Assembly (NCBI RefSeq): GCF_964194025.1
Contig: NC_134470.1
Span: 20,088,001 to 20,152,000 of the forward strand
Direction of reading: 5' to 3'
DNA: 64,000 nt
From: Convolutriloba macropyga
Lineage: Eukaryota
Below are positions 41,101 to 51,405 of the stretch, piece by piece. Each line of letters opens with the position of its first letter. Within the stretch, counting starts at the first letter, position 1. The notes below the pieces were generated by a model. That model searched no databases, was not told the origin of the DNA, and worked only from the letters and a program-made list of their open reading frames with translations. Both the position numbers and the translations under genes were made by a program.

Positions 41101-43270
41101 TCTGAAATTTAATTTATTTTTGCCTTGAAAAGCAATTGGCCTTGTAGGCAACCAAAAATTGATAGGTCCAATTGTTTACAACAAAATTGAACCGAAAAAT
41201 AGTGGAAAACCAAATAAAGACGACACCCTACAAATTTTTTACAAAATAAAAAGGCATCATTTCAATTTTTATAGTCATGATTAGCTATCAAGTGAAAAAC
41301 AAATTTAAATTTAAGGACACCTCAATTTTGACTTATGAACACTTTAAAACATGAGATAGAAAAGCAGGACAAAAAACCAAAAACGATGAAATCATTTAAG
41401 GAAAAAAAACAGTTCAATTTTTTTAAAAAAACATTTAGTGTTCAGTGATATAAAAACCCTTGCTATGATCTCTAGTTACAGATTAGCACCCTTTGTTCCG
41501 CTACTGAAATCATTGAGACTTCATTACTCATGACTGAGAAAACTACAAAAAGTCAGAACACAAAAAAAAGTCTTAGATAAAACAAAGTTTCAAAGTAATC
41601 AATGCCATACACTATCAATTGTGACGTTTAGAACAACAATTAAACTTCATGATATCCTCGGTGAAACCTGTCAGTAGTGAGAAAGTAAAAATAAAATAAA
41701 GAACAAAAAACAATGAAAATTACTGAAATGAAAACTTAAGTGTCAAAGTTGACAGAAATCATTAGTCAGAACAACAATTAAACTTCATGATATCCTTAGT
41801 GAAACCTGTCAGTAGTGAGAAAGTAAAAATAAAATAAAGAACAAAAAACAATGAAAATTACTTAAATGAAAACTTTAAAGTGTCAAAGTTGACAGAAATC
41901 ATTAGTTGTCGTAGACCAAATAAAAAAACAGCAGATATTCAGTACTAAAACGAATGCATCGCATTTAATATACTCTGCCAGAAAGTTGCGCGAAAAACCA
42001 AATCAGATGTCAAATGGCCGCAAAAGGAAAAAAATGGCTCTAAAAGCGAAAAACTCGATAACTGTTCAAAAGACGAAACTTTGAAAAAGCTTTCAAATTT
42101 CACACTTACCGCTGGATGAGGCTTTCTAGTGATACCACTCACAACTCTATACGACAAGTATATCGATCCTCCAAAATCGACTGAGCAAAAAAACAGGTGA
42201 GCATATAAATCCTCCCTCCACCCATAGGATCGGAAGAAAAAACTCAAATTGAAAATCAAATTAACGGTTTTCCAAAAAGTTCAAGTTCGACTGACAGTTT
42301 TTCATATCCAAAAATACCTTGCTTCACCGTATGCATTGACTTAGCCTCTTGAAAGACGTGCAATATTGTCCTGTACTGCTGCTGTCCTTATAAAACTTGA
42401 AATTCATACAAAAGAGCTACAGACTCTGCTTAACTTAAAAGGTTTTTCACTAACTATACAATTACCATTTGTGAAAAACATAAGCGACTGAAGTCGGGAA
42501 ATCACCTCAAACGACCGGCAAGCGGTTGGTTTCGTCAGTAGCTAGCGACGGTATAGTGACGCTAGTTTTAGCTTAGGGCGGAGGTGAGCGCAGCGGGGGG
42601 GGGGGTGCATCGTGGGCTGATGGGGTTAGGCGACAGTGGGGGCAACGGTGAGAGGGTGGTTTTTGACCGCACTCGTGGCTCTTACGGCCTGATCGATGTA
42701 CAGGGCTGGCGATTGGGGGGGGGGCGTGAAGTGGGAGGCGGGCTGATATCAAACTCTAAGAAGCGCCCTTCACACCATAAACATAAGTCGCCAAAACAGT
42801 TTCTGTGAATTGCACACTTGAAGACTAGGAGTACTCTAAGAGCACGTAATGCCCACTGGGCGCTACATGTTATTCCGTTTTTGAGGACGAAAAATCAAAT
42901 GGGTCAGACAAAAAATTGGCCAAGCGAAAAATCGCATTAATAAAAGACCGACAGGACTAATGTAATTACTACAAACTGCGCTTGAGAGCAATTAACTACT
43001 CTGGAAGAAATCATTTGATTCTGCAATAACGAAAAGATTTAGAAAAAAATCTACAAATCAAACCCAAATATTCACGTCTTCTGAAAACTGATATAGTCAA
43101 AAAGACTATTTTTTTTACAATTTATTGTCATTAATTTCACTTCTAATGTTATTTCTTTTCATAATAAATCATCTTCAAAGGTTTCAGCAATAAACTTGAA
43201 AAACTGAATTACTATGATGCCATGAAACCTGCTTAGTTTTTTAAAAATTCTACAAAATTTAAGTCATATG
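38195..43270 (+). repeat. Old diverged tandem triplication (units ~1.0, ~1.9 and ~2.2 kb)
   Basis: Unit starts tgaaaccattcgc at ~38202, ~39188 and ~41072. Shared blocks (gtttcaaagtaa.caatg, gtcgtagaccaa) are collinear, and each unit carries a relic of the HINE 5' end (tatatcgat). Confidence 0.75.
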
Positions 43271-44472
43271 CAAACTAAATAAAAACTGATAAAATTCTTT
43301 TTTAAACCTCGACTCTCTGATGAGGCGTTGTTGAATTTAATAAAAATTAAGAAAGAAATGTTTAAAAAACTCAAAAACACGAAAATGTGAAGAACTTGAA
43401 AGAAGCCAAATTCGAGCAAAACACAACTTCATAAAAAGATGAAAGTTAGCACGCATACAAGTCAAAATTTAAACTTTCGGGTTCAACTTGTTTTTTTTTA
43501 AAAAAAAACTAACTATCAAACAGTCACAAGAAATCCTAAAAAAATGAAATTTAATTTTAAAACCTTTACCAAACAAAACAAAAATAATTCCAAAGCTCCC
43601 TCTTGCAAAACTGACACCAATTGCGTGAAACCCTGTCGAGACAAAAACGCAGAGAGCAATATCTAATTGCAAAATCTGTATTTATGCAGTGATCCTCTGT
43701 AGAAGCATTCAGAATCAAGCAAGTTGCTCAACAAATATCGCTATCAAGATAAAATTGGAGACCTTATCAGACCTTCACCGCCAAAATGTAGACAGTAAAA
43801 ATGCAAAAACTCAATTTCATGATTTGGCGTATCTATGAGACTTTGTCAAAGTGGCAGCTAAAAGTTCCGAAAACCAACATACCAGTCAGATTGCCGGACA
43901 GCAGCCGCCATTGATTTCCATAACCTACATTGGGACTGACTGGATTTCGTACTTAGAATCCTGCTTCTTAAGGAGCAGATAAACGGATTAGCATCAATAC
44001 CAATGACAATTTGACCTGGTACCTAAATTTTCTTTCAATCGCAAACTTTGACTTTTGAAGCTCTAAGACGAATGCACAGCAACTCAATGCCCTCGGGCAG
44101 GACTATTTTACTATTGCTTTGCGAAAGATAAAAATGTTGGTGCGAAAAACCGCATAAAAAGATCAACCGAATTAAAAAGAATTGCAGCAAACTTTGCGTG
44201 GGAGCAAGCTTTGCAATCAAAGTATAATAATTAAGGGTTGAAATTTTTTGAAAAACAAGTGATCAAAGGGTCACAAGGTGACCAGACCTGACAAAAAAAT
44301 GAAAACAATCGACTAACGTCAGGCGAATTGCCCTAAAACGACTGCCGAGCGGTCGACTTCGTTAATAGTTAGCTGCAGCTTAGATGGGCCAGCTTAAGCG
44401 TAATTGAGAGGGTAAGCTCAGAGTAGTAAGAAATAGGGGGGTCTGCCGCACACTTTGTGACACATTTCTACC

Positions 44473-44560
44473 AAAACCTTTTCCCCACCCAGATTCGAAC
44501 CTACGCGTGCGAAATTAATTTTTTTTTGGTTTCAAAGACGTAACCACTGCGCCACGGGAC
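44473..44560 (-). ncRNA. tRNA-like RNA polymerase III unit in the Polinton terminal region
   Basis: The minus strand reads GTCCCG-TGGCGCAGTGG (A box)...GCGTA-GGTTCGAATC (B box)-TGGGTGGGGAAAAGG-TTTT (terminator). The anticodon arm is replaced by an A-rich stretch. Confidence 0.55.
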
Positions 44561-44950
44561 ACATATTTCCTTTAGCTTCAAAACCAACTTTATTAAGCCA
44601 CAGCTATATGGCTAAGCGGCTATGATAATCAAAACTAAATCAGCGTGAAATATTTGAATGTTATTTATATTCAAAGATATATTCAAAGACGCGTTTAATA
44701 TTTAAATGTTAGTTAAAGATATTTAAATGGTCTCAACAAAATGAATGTTAGTTATATTCAAATATATTTTAATGTGCCCACAACAAAATCCCATTGAAAA
44801 CATTCAAAGATATAAGCTCACAAGATAATGAATGATGATACAGATATTGGAATGTTCCCACAACAAAATCGAATTATCGCGCATTTTAGTTATATATTCT
44901 AGTTTTGCGTCTTATGAACTACAAACAAATACCCATTTAGTTTAGTGTAC

Positions 44951-45616
44951 TTAATCATCCTCCTCCTCTCTTCTTTCTGCCTCCATTATCCGTCTTTTCC
45001 TCGGAATATCTCTCTCTCGATTATTTCCCTCGTTTTCCTCCAGAACAGCACTAGAACTTGTACTGGGATGATTATCTTCACCCTCGCCCTGACTTTCATT
45101 TGCTCTTCTGATTTCTTTTGCCATGTAGCTCCGGTTGTAAATCATCAACCCACAGAACTCTCTCAAACTGAGAGTTGTCATCTTCCTTTCCCAGTGATCC
45201 CCGATTTTTGTGAATCTCTTGAAATGGAAATAAATTGAGCGATAGGCCCTGTCCGGGTTGTAGATCTGGAAGCTCAGTCGGCAGTATGATTTGCCGCAAA
45301 CCATGTAGTCCTGAATTACCTCGCAACGGGATGCATCTGTTTCCATTGATTCGCATGGGGTCATCGTTGTTTTCTTGTGTGTTCGGAAACTCAGTTGTCC
45401 ATAGGCAATAATGGACTCCAATTGCTCTGAGTAGAAAATGTCAAGCATTCTATGGAACACTCCTTTAGGCAACTCTACAGATTGCTCGAGCGCTTGTGTC
45501 GATTCTACTCTTTTTTCGAATTTCACGTTGTCTTCAGTTGAAGATATCAGAAGGCTTTTGGCGCAATGTCTGATTGAATACAAATAGACCTGGTCAAAGT
45601 CGTCTTTGGTAGCCAT
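44951..45616 (-). CDS. Polinton accessory protein, 221 aa, putative PC4-like ssDNA-binding fold with acidic/basic tail
   Basis: Intact ATG ORF. YCRLSFQIY..IYFHFKRF..WERKMTTLSLREFCGL resembles the PC4 pattern (YVSV.EF..IDIREY..KGISL..EQW..L). The C-terminus carries an NLS-like PRKRR. The fold call is tentative. Confidence 0.7.
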   Translation of the reverse strand: MATKDDFDQVYLYSIRHCAKSLLISSTEDNVKFEKRVESTQALEQSVELPKGVFHRMLDIFYSEQLESIIAYGQLSFRTHKKTTMTPCESMETDASRCEVIQDYMVCGKSYCRLSFQIYNPDRAYRSIYFHFKRFTKIGDHWERKMTTLSLREFCGLMIYNRSYMAKEIRRANESQGEGEDNHPSTSSSAVLEENEGNNRERDIPRKRRIMEAERREEEDD

Positions 45617-45705
45617 CGTTCAAGATAATATGTTGTTTGAGAATTGGTGAGATTTAATTAACTGGTGAGATTTAAATTCAACTGTTAAGACTGCAACAAT
45701 AGACT

Positions 45706-46071
45706 GAAAGTGAATTTGGCGATGGATTTTGTCAACGCAAACTATCGTGATAACACAAAATTTATAGCTGACAGTGCGTGAACAAAATTTTATGATTTTT
45801 AAATAAAATCTGTTATGTAATCCAGATAAATAATTGAAGGGAGACGCATCGTCTCAGGGAGAAAGTTTGCCTCATTGATAACAATTTGGAAAGTGAATTT
45901 GGCGATGGATTTTGTCAACGCAAACTATCGTGATAACACAAAATTTATAGCTGACAGTGCGTGAACAAAATTTTATGATTTTTAAATAAAATCTGTTATG
46001 TAATCCACATAAATATTTGAAGGGAGACGCATCGTCTCAGGGAGAAAGTTTGCCTCATTGATAACAATTTG
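45706..46071 (+). repeat. 183-bp near-perfect direct duplication upstream of the 221-aa ORF
   Basis: 45706-45888 and 45889-46071 differ at about two positions. Each contains the hairpin GAGACG-CAT-CGTCTC. Confidence 0.95.
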
Positions 46072-46219
46072 AAAAACAGAATTTAACAGCAAATTGAAAT
46101 TTTATAGTTAAAAACGACTCGAAAGGTATAAAAGCTCTATTTTCTTCAAAACGAAAGAACAAGGTATCTGACTAGTAATGTAATGAACAAGGTATCTGAC
46201 TACTAATGTAATGACAGTA

Positions 46220-49200
46220 TTGCTCGCTCCTTTAAGGAAATTTGTTATTGAAGTTGTGCATGATATGAGAAAGCAGAAGTTTTAAAATTTGGAAAACCAC
46301 CAAATTCCATATAAATGAACTTTTTGGTTGTGTCTGTAGATAGGTTTTCTAAGCAATTTCAGTTAGAGTTCTCTTCTCTGTGACAAGTACTTTGCTGAGA
46401 AGACTCAAAACAGACACAGGGTCCATTTTGGAAATCTTAAATCAGATGGCGGAAAATGATTGCAGCTAGACGTTTTCCTAATTCTGGTTTTCCCAAAGTG
46501 ATGCACGTCTCCTTATGCCACGATCCGAGTCCAACTTTGGAACTTAGAGGTTCTCTAGCTGTTGGTTTTGAAAAATTAATTCAAAAGCCAAGAACAGCTC
46601 CTAGCTCTATGCTATAACGCAAGGTCCACATCGGACGAAGAGCAATGATGGACTAAGTTCTGAGTTTGCACACTTTTAGAAAATGTATTCATGTTTCGAA
46701 AAAATCCAAATTTTTCAAAATCATCCAAATTTTTCAAAATCACCCAGCTAGAGAACCTTTGCAAAAATTCTAAAATTTTCGAAAAAATCCAAATTTTTCA
46801 AAATCACCCAAAGGGTCCCCCCTTTGCAAATTTTCGAAAAAATCCAAATTTTTCAAAATCACCCAAATTTTTCAAAATCACCCAGCTAGAGAACCTTTGC
46901 AAAAATTCTAAAATTTTCGAAAAAATCCAAATTTTTCAAAATCACCCAAAGGGTCCCCCCTTTGCAAATTTTCGAAAATTTTCGAAAAAATCCAATTTTT
47001 CAAAATCACCCAAAGGGTCCCCCCTTTGCAAATTTTCGAAAAAATCCAAATTTTTCAAAATCACCCAAAGGGTCCCCCCTTTGCAAATTTTCGAAATCCA
47101 AATTTTTCAAAATCAGCCAAAGAGTCCCCCCTTTGCAAATTTCCGAAAATTTTCGAAAAAATCCAAATTTTTCAAAATCACCCAAAGGGTCCCCCCTTTG
47201 CAAATTTTTGAAAAAATCCAAATTTTTCAAAATCACCCAGCTAGAGAACCTTTGCAAAAATTCTAAAATTTTCGAAAAAATCCAAATTTTTCAAAATCAC
47301 CCAAAGGGTCCCCCCTTTGCAAATTTTCGAAAATTTTCGAAAAAATCCAAATTTTTCAAAATCACCCAAAATTTTCAAAATCACCCAGCTAGAGAACCTT
47401 TGCAAAAATTCTAAAATTTTCGAAAAAATCCAAATTTTTCAAAATCACCAAAAGGGTCCACCCTTTTCAAATTTTCGAAAATTTTCGAAAAAATCCAAAT
47501 TTTTCAAAATCACCCAAAGGGTCCCCCCTTTGCAAATTTTCGAAAAAATCCAAATTTTTCAAAATCACCCAAAGGGTCCCCCCTTTGCAAATTTTCGAAA
47601 TCCAAATTTTTCAAAATCAGCCAAAGAGTCCCCCCTTTGCAAATTTCCGAAAATTTTCGAAAAAATCCAAATTTTTCAAAATCATCCAAAGGGTCCCCCC
47701 TTTGCAAATTTTTGAAAAAATCCAAATTTTTCAAAATCACCCAGCTAGAGAACCTTTGCAAAAATTCTAAAATTTTCGAAAAAATCCAAATTTTTCAAAA
47801 TCACCCAAAGGGTCCCCCCTTTGCAAATTTTCGAAAATTTTCGAAAAAATCCAAATTTTTCAAAATCACCCAAAATTTTCAAAATCACCCAGCTAGAGAA
47901 CCTTTGCAAAAATTCTAAAATTTTCGAAAAAATCCAAATTTTTCAAAATCACCAAAAGGGTCCACCCTTTGCAAATTTTCGAAAATTTTCGAAAAAATCC
48001 AAATTTTTCAAAATCACCCAAAGGGTCCCCCCTTTGCAAATTTTCGAAAAAATCCAAATTTTTCAAAATCACCCAAAGGGTCCCCCCTTTGCAAATTTTC
48101 GAAATCCAAATTTTTCAAAATCAGCCAAAGAGTCCCCCCTTTGCTCGCTCCTTTAAGGAAATTTGTTATTGAAGTTGTGCATGATATGAGAAAGCAGAAG
48201 TTTTAAAATTTGGAAAACCACCAAATTCCATATAAATGAACTTTTTGGTTGTGTCTGTAGATAGGTTTTCTAAGCAATTTCAGTTAGAGTTCTCTTCTCT
48301 GTGACAAGTACTTTGCTGAGAAGACTCAAAACAGACACAGGGTCCATTTTGGAAATCTTAAATCAGATGGCGGAAAATGATTGCAGCTAGACGTTTTCCT
48401 AATTCTGGTTTTCCCAAAGTGATGCACGTCTCCTTATGCCACGATCCGAGTCCAACTTTGGAACTTAGAGGTTCTCTAGCTGTTGGTTTTGAAAAATTAA
48501 TTCAAAAGCCAAGAACAGCTCCTAGCTCTATGCTATAACGCAAGGTCCACATCGGACGAAGAGCAATGATGGACTAAGTTCTGAGTTTGCACACTTTTAG
48601 AAAATGTATTCATGTTTCGAAAAAATCCAAATTTTTCAAAATCATCCAAATTTTTCAAAATCACCCAGCTAGAGAACCTTTGCAAAAATTCTAAAATTTT
48701 CGAAAAAATCCAAATTTTTCAAAATCACCCAAAGGGTCCCCCCTTTGCAAATTTTCGAAAAAATCCAAATTTTTCAAAATCACCCAAATTTTTCAAAATC
48801 ACCCAGCTAGAGAACCTTTGCAAAAATTCTAAAATTTTCGAAAAAATCCAAATTTTTCAAAATCACCCAAAGGGTCCCCCCTTTGCAAATTTTCGAAAAT
48901 TTTCGAAAAAATCCAATTTTTCAAAATCACCCAAAGGGTCCCCCCTTTGCAAATTTTCGAAAAAATCCAAATTTTTCAAAATCACCCAAAGGGTCCCCCC
49001 TTTGCAAATTTTCGAAATCCAAATTTTTCAAAATCAGCCAAAGAGTCCCCCCTTTGCAAATTTCCGAAAATTTTCGAAAAAATCCAAATTTTTCAAAATC
49101 ACCCAAAGGGTCCCCCCTTTGCAAATTTTTGAAAAAATCCAAATTTTTCAAAATCACCCAGCTAGAGAACCTTTGCAAAAATTCTAAAATTTTCGAAAAA

Positions 49201-51405
49201 ATCCAAATTTTTCAAAATCACCCAAAGGGTCCCCCCTTTGCAAATTTTCGAAAATTTTCGAAAAAATCCAAATTTTTCAAAATCACCCAAAATTTTCAAA
49301 ATCACCCAGCTAGAGAACCTTTGCAAAAATTCTAAAATTTTCGAAAAAATCCAAATTTTTCAAAATCACCAAAAGGGTCCACCCTTTGCAAATTTTCGAA
49401 AAAATCCAAATTTTTCAAAATCACCCAAAGGGTCCCCCCTTTGCAAATTTTCGAAAAAATCCAAATTTTTCAAAATCACCCAAAGGGTCCCCCCTTTGCA
49501 AATTTTCGAAATCCAAATTTTTCAAAATCAGCCAAAGAGTCCCCCCTTTGCTCGCTCCTTTAAGGAAATTTGTTATTGAAGTTGTGCATGATATGAGAAA
49601 GCAGAAGTTTTAAAATTTGGAAAACCACCAAATTCCATATAAATGAACTTTTTGGTTGTGTCTGTAGATAGGTTTTCTAAGCAATTTCAGTTAGAGTTCT
49701 CTTCTCTGTGACAAGTACTTTGCTGAGAAGACTCAAAACAGACACAGGGTCCATTTTGGAAATCTTAAATCAGATGGCGGAAAATGATTGCAGCTAGACG
49801 TTTTCCTAATTCTGGTTTTCCCAAAGTGATGCACGTCTCCTTATGCCACGATCCGAGTCCAACTTTGGAACTTAGAGGTTCTCTAGCTGTTGGTTTTGAA
49901 AAATTAATTCAAAAGCCAAGAACAGCTCCTAGCTCTATGCTATAACGCAAGGTCCACATCGGACGAAGAGCAATGATGGACTAAGTTCTGAGTTTGCACA
50001 CTTTTAGAAAATGTATTCATGTTTCGAAAAAATCCAAATTTTTCAAAATCATCCAAATTTTTCAAAATCACCCAGCTAGAGAACCTTTGCAAAAATTCTA
50101 AAATTTTCGAAAAAATCCAAATTTTTCAAAATCACCCAAAGGGTCCCCCCTTTGCAAATTTTCGAAAAAATCCAAATTTTTCAAAATCACCCAAATTTTT
50201 CAAAATCACCCAGCTAGAGAACCTTTGCAAAAATTCTAAAATTTTCGAAAAAATCCAAATTTTTCAAAATCACCCAAAGGGTCCCCCCTTTGCAAATTTT
50301 CGAAAATTTTCGAAAAAATCCAAATTTTTCAAAATCACCCAAATTTTTCAAAATCACCCAGCTAGAGAACCTTTGCAAAAATTCTAAAATTTTCGAAAAA
50401 ATCCAAATTTTTCAAAATCACCCAAAGGGTCCCCCCTTTGCAAATTTTCGAAAATTTTCGAAAAAATCCAATTTTTCAAAATCACCCAAAGGGTCCCCCC
50501 TTTGCAAATTTTCGAAAAAATCCAAATTTTTCAAAATCACCCAAAGGGTCCCCCCTTTGCAAATTTTCGAAATCCAAATTTTTCAAAATCAGCCAAAGAG
50601 TCCCCCCTTTGCAAATTTCCGAAAATTTTCGAAAAAATCCAAATTTTTCAAAATCACCCAAAATTTTCAAAATCACCCAGCTAGAGAACCTTTGCAAAAA
50701 TTCTAAAATTTTCGAAAAAATCCAAATTTTTCAAAATCACCAAAAGGGTCCACCCTTTGCAAATTTTCGAAAATTTTCGAAAAAATCCAAATTTTTCAAA
50801 ATCACCCAAAGGGTCCCCCCTTTGCAAATTTTCGAAAAAATCCAAATTTTTCAAAATCACCCAAAGGGTCCCCCCTTTGCAAATTTTCGAAATCCAAATT
50901 TTTCAAAATCAGCCAAAGAGTCCCCCCTTTGCTCGCTCCTTTAAGGAAATTTGTTATTGAAGTTGTGCATGATATGAGAAAGCAGAAGTTTTAAAATTTG
51001 GAAAACCACCAAATTCCATATAAATGAACTTTTTGGTTGTGTCTGTAGATAGGTTTTCTAAGCAATTTCAGTTAGAGTTCTCTTCTCTGTGACAAGTACT
51101 TTGCTGAGAAGACTCAAAACAGACACAGGGTCCATTTTGGAAATCTTAAATCAGATGGCGGAAAATGATTGCAGCTAGACGTTTTCCTAATTCTGGTTTT
51201 CCCAAAGTGATGCACGTCTCCTTATGCCACGATCCGAGTCCAACTTTGGAACTTAGAGGTTCTCTAGCTGTTGGTTTTGAAAAATTAATTCAAAAGCCAA
51301 GAACAGCTCCTAGCTCTATGCTATAACGCAAGGTCCACATCGGACGAAGAGCAATGATGGACTAAGTTCTGAGTTTGCACACTTTTAGAAAATGTATTCA
51401 TGTTT
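46220..51405 (+). repeat. Higher-order repeat: four copies of a ~475-bp cassette separated by satellite blocks
   Basis: The cassette ttgctcgctcctttaagg...aaatgtattcatgtt starts at 46220, 48141, 49548 and 50929 (periods 1921, 1407, 1381). The copies appear identical by eye. Confidence 0.95.

Noticed and set aside
700-44220. Remaining 60-120 aa ORFs in the AT-rich host region
   Set aside because: Mostly non-ATG starts with Phe/Leu/Lys-biased composition, lying in repeats. This is what chance ORFs look like.
46220-46690. Faint integrase-like words in the cassette (LRKFVIEVVHD, FLVVSVDRFSK, GFPKVMH)
   Set aside because: They are separated by stops or frame changes and no convincing D-D-E spacing emerges. 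A profile search would be needed to support this.
46220-51405. Cassette as a tandem Helitron
   Set aside because: No CTRR 3' end or subterminal hairpin at the junctions. TTGC microhomology explains them more simply.
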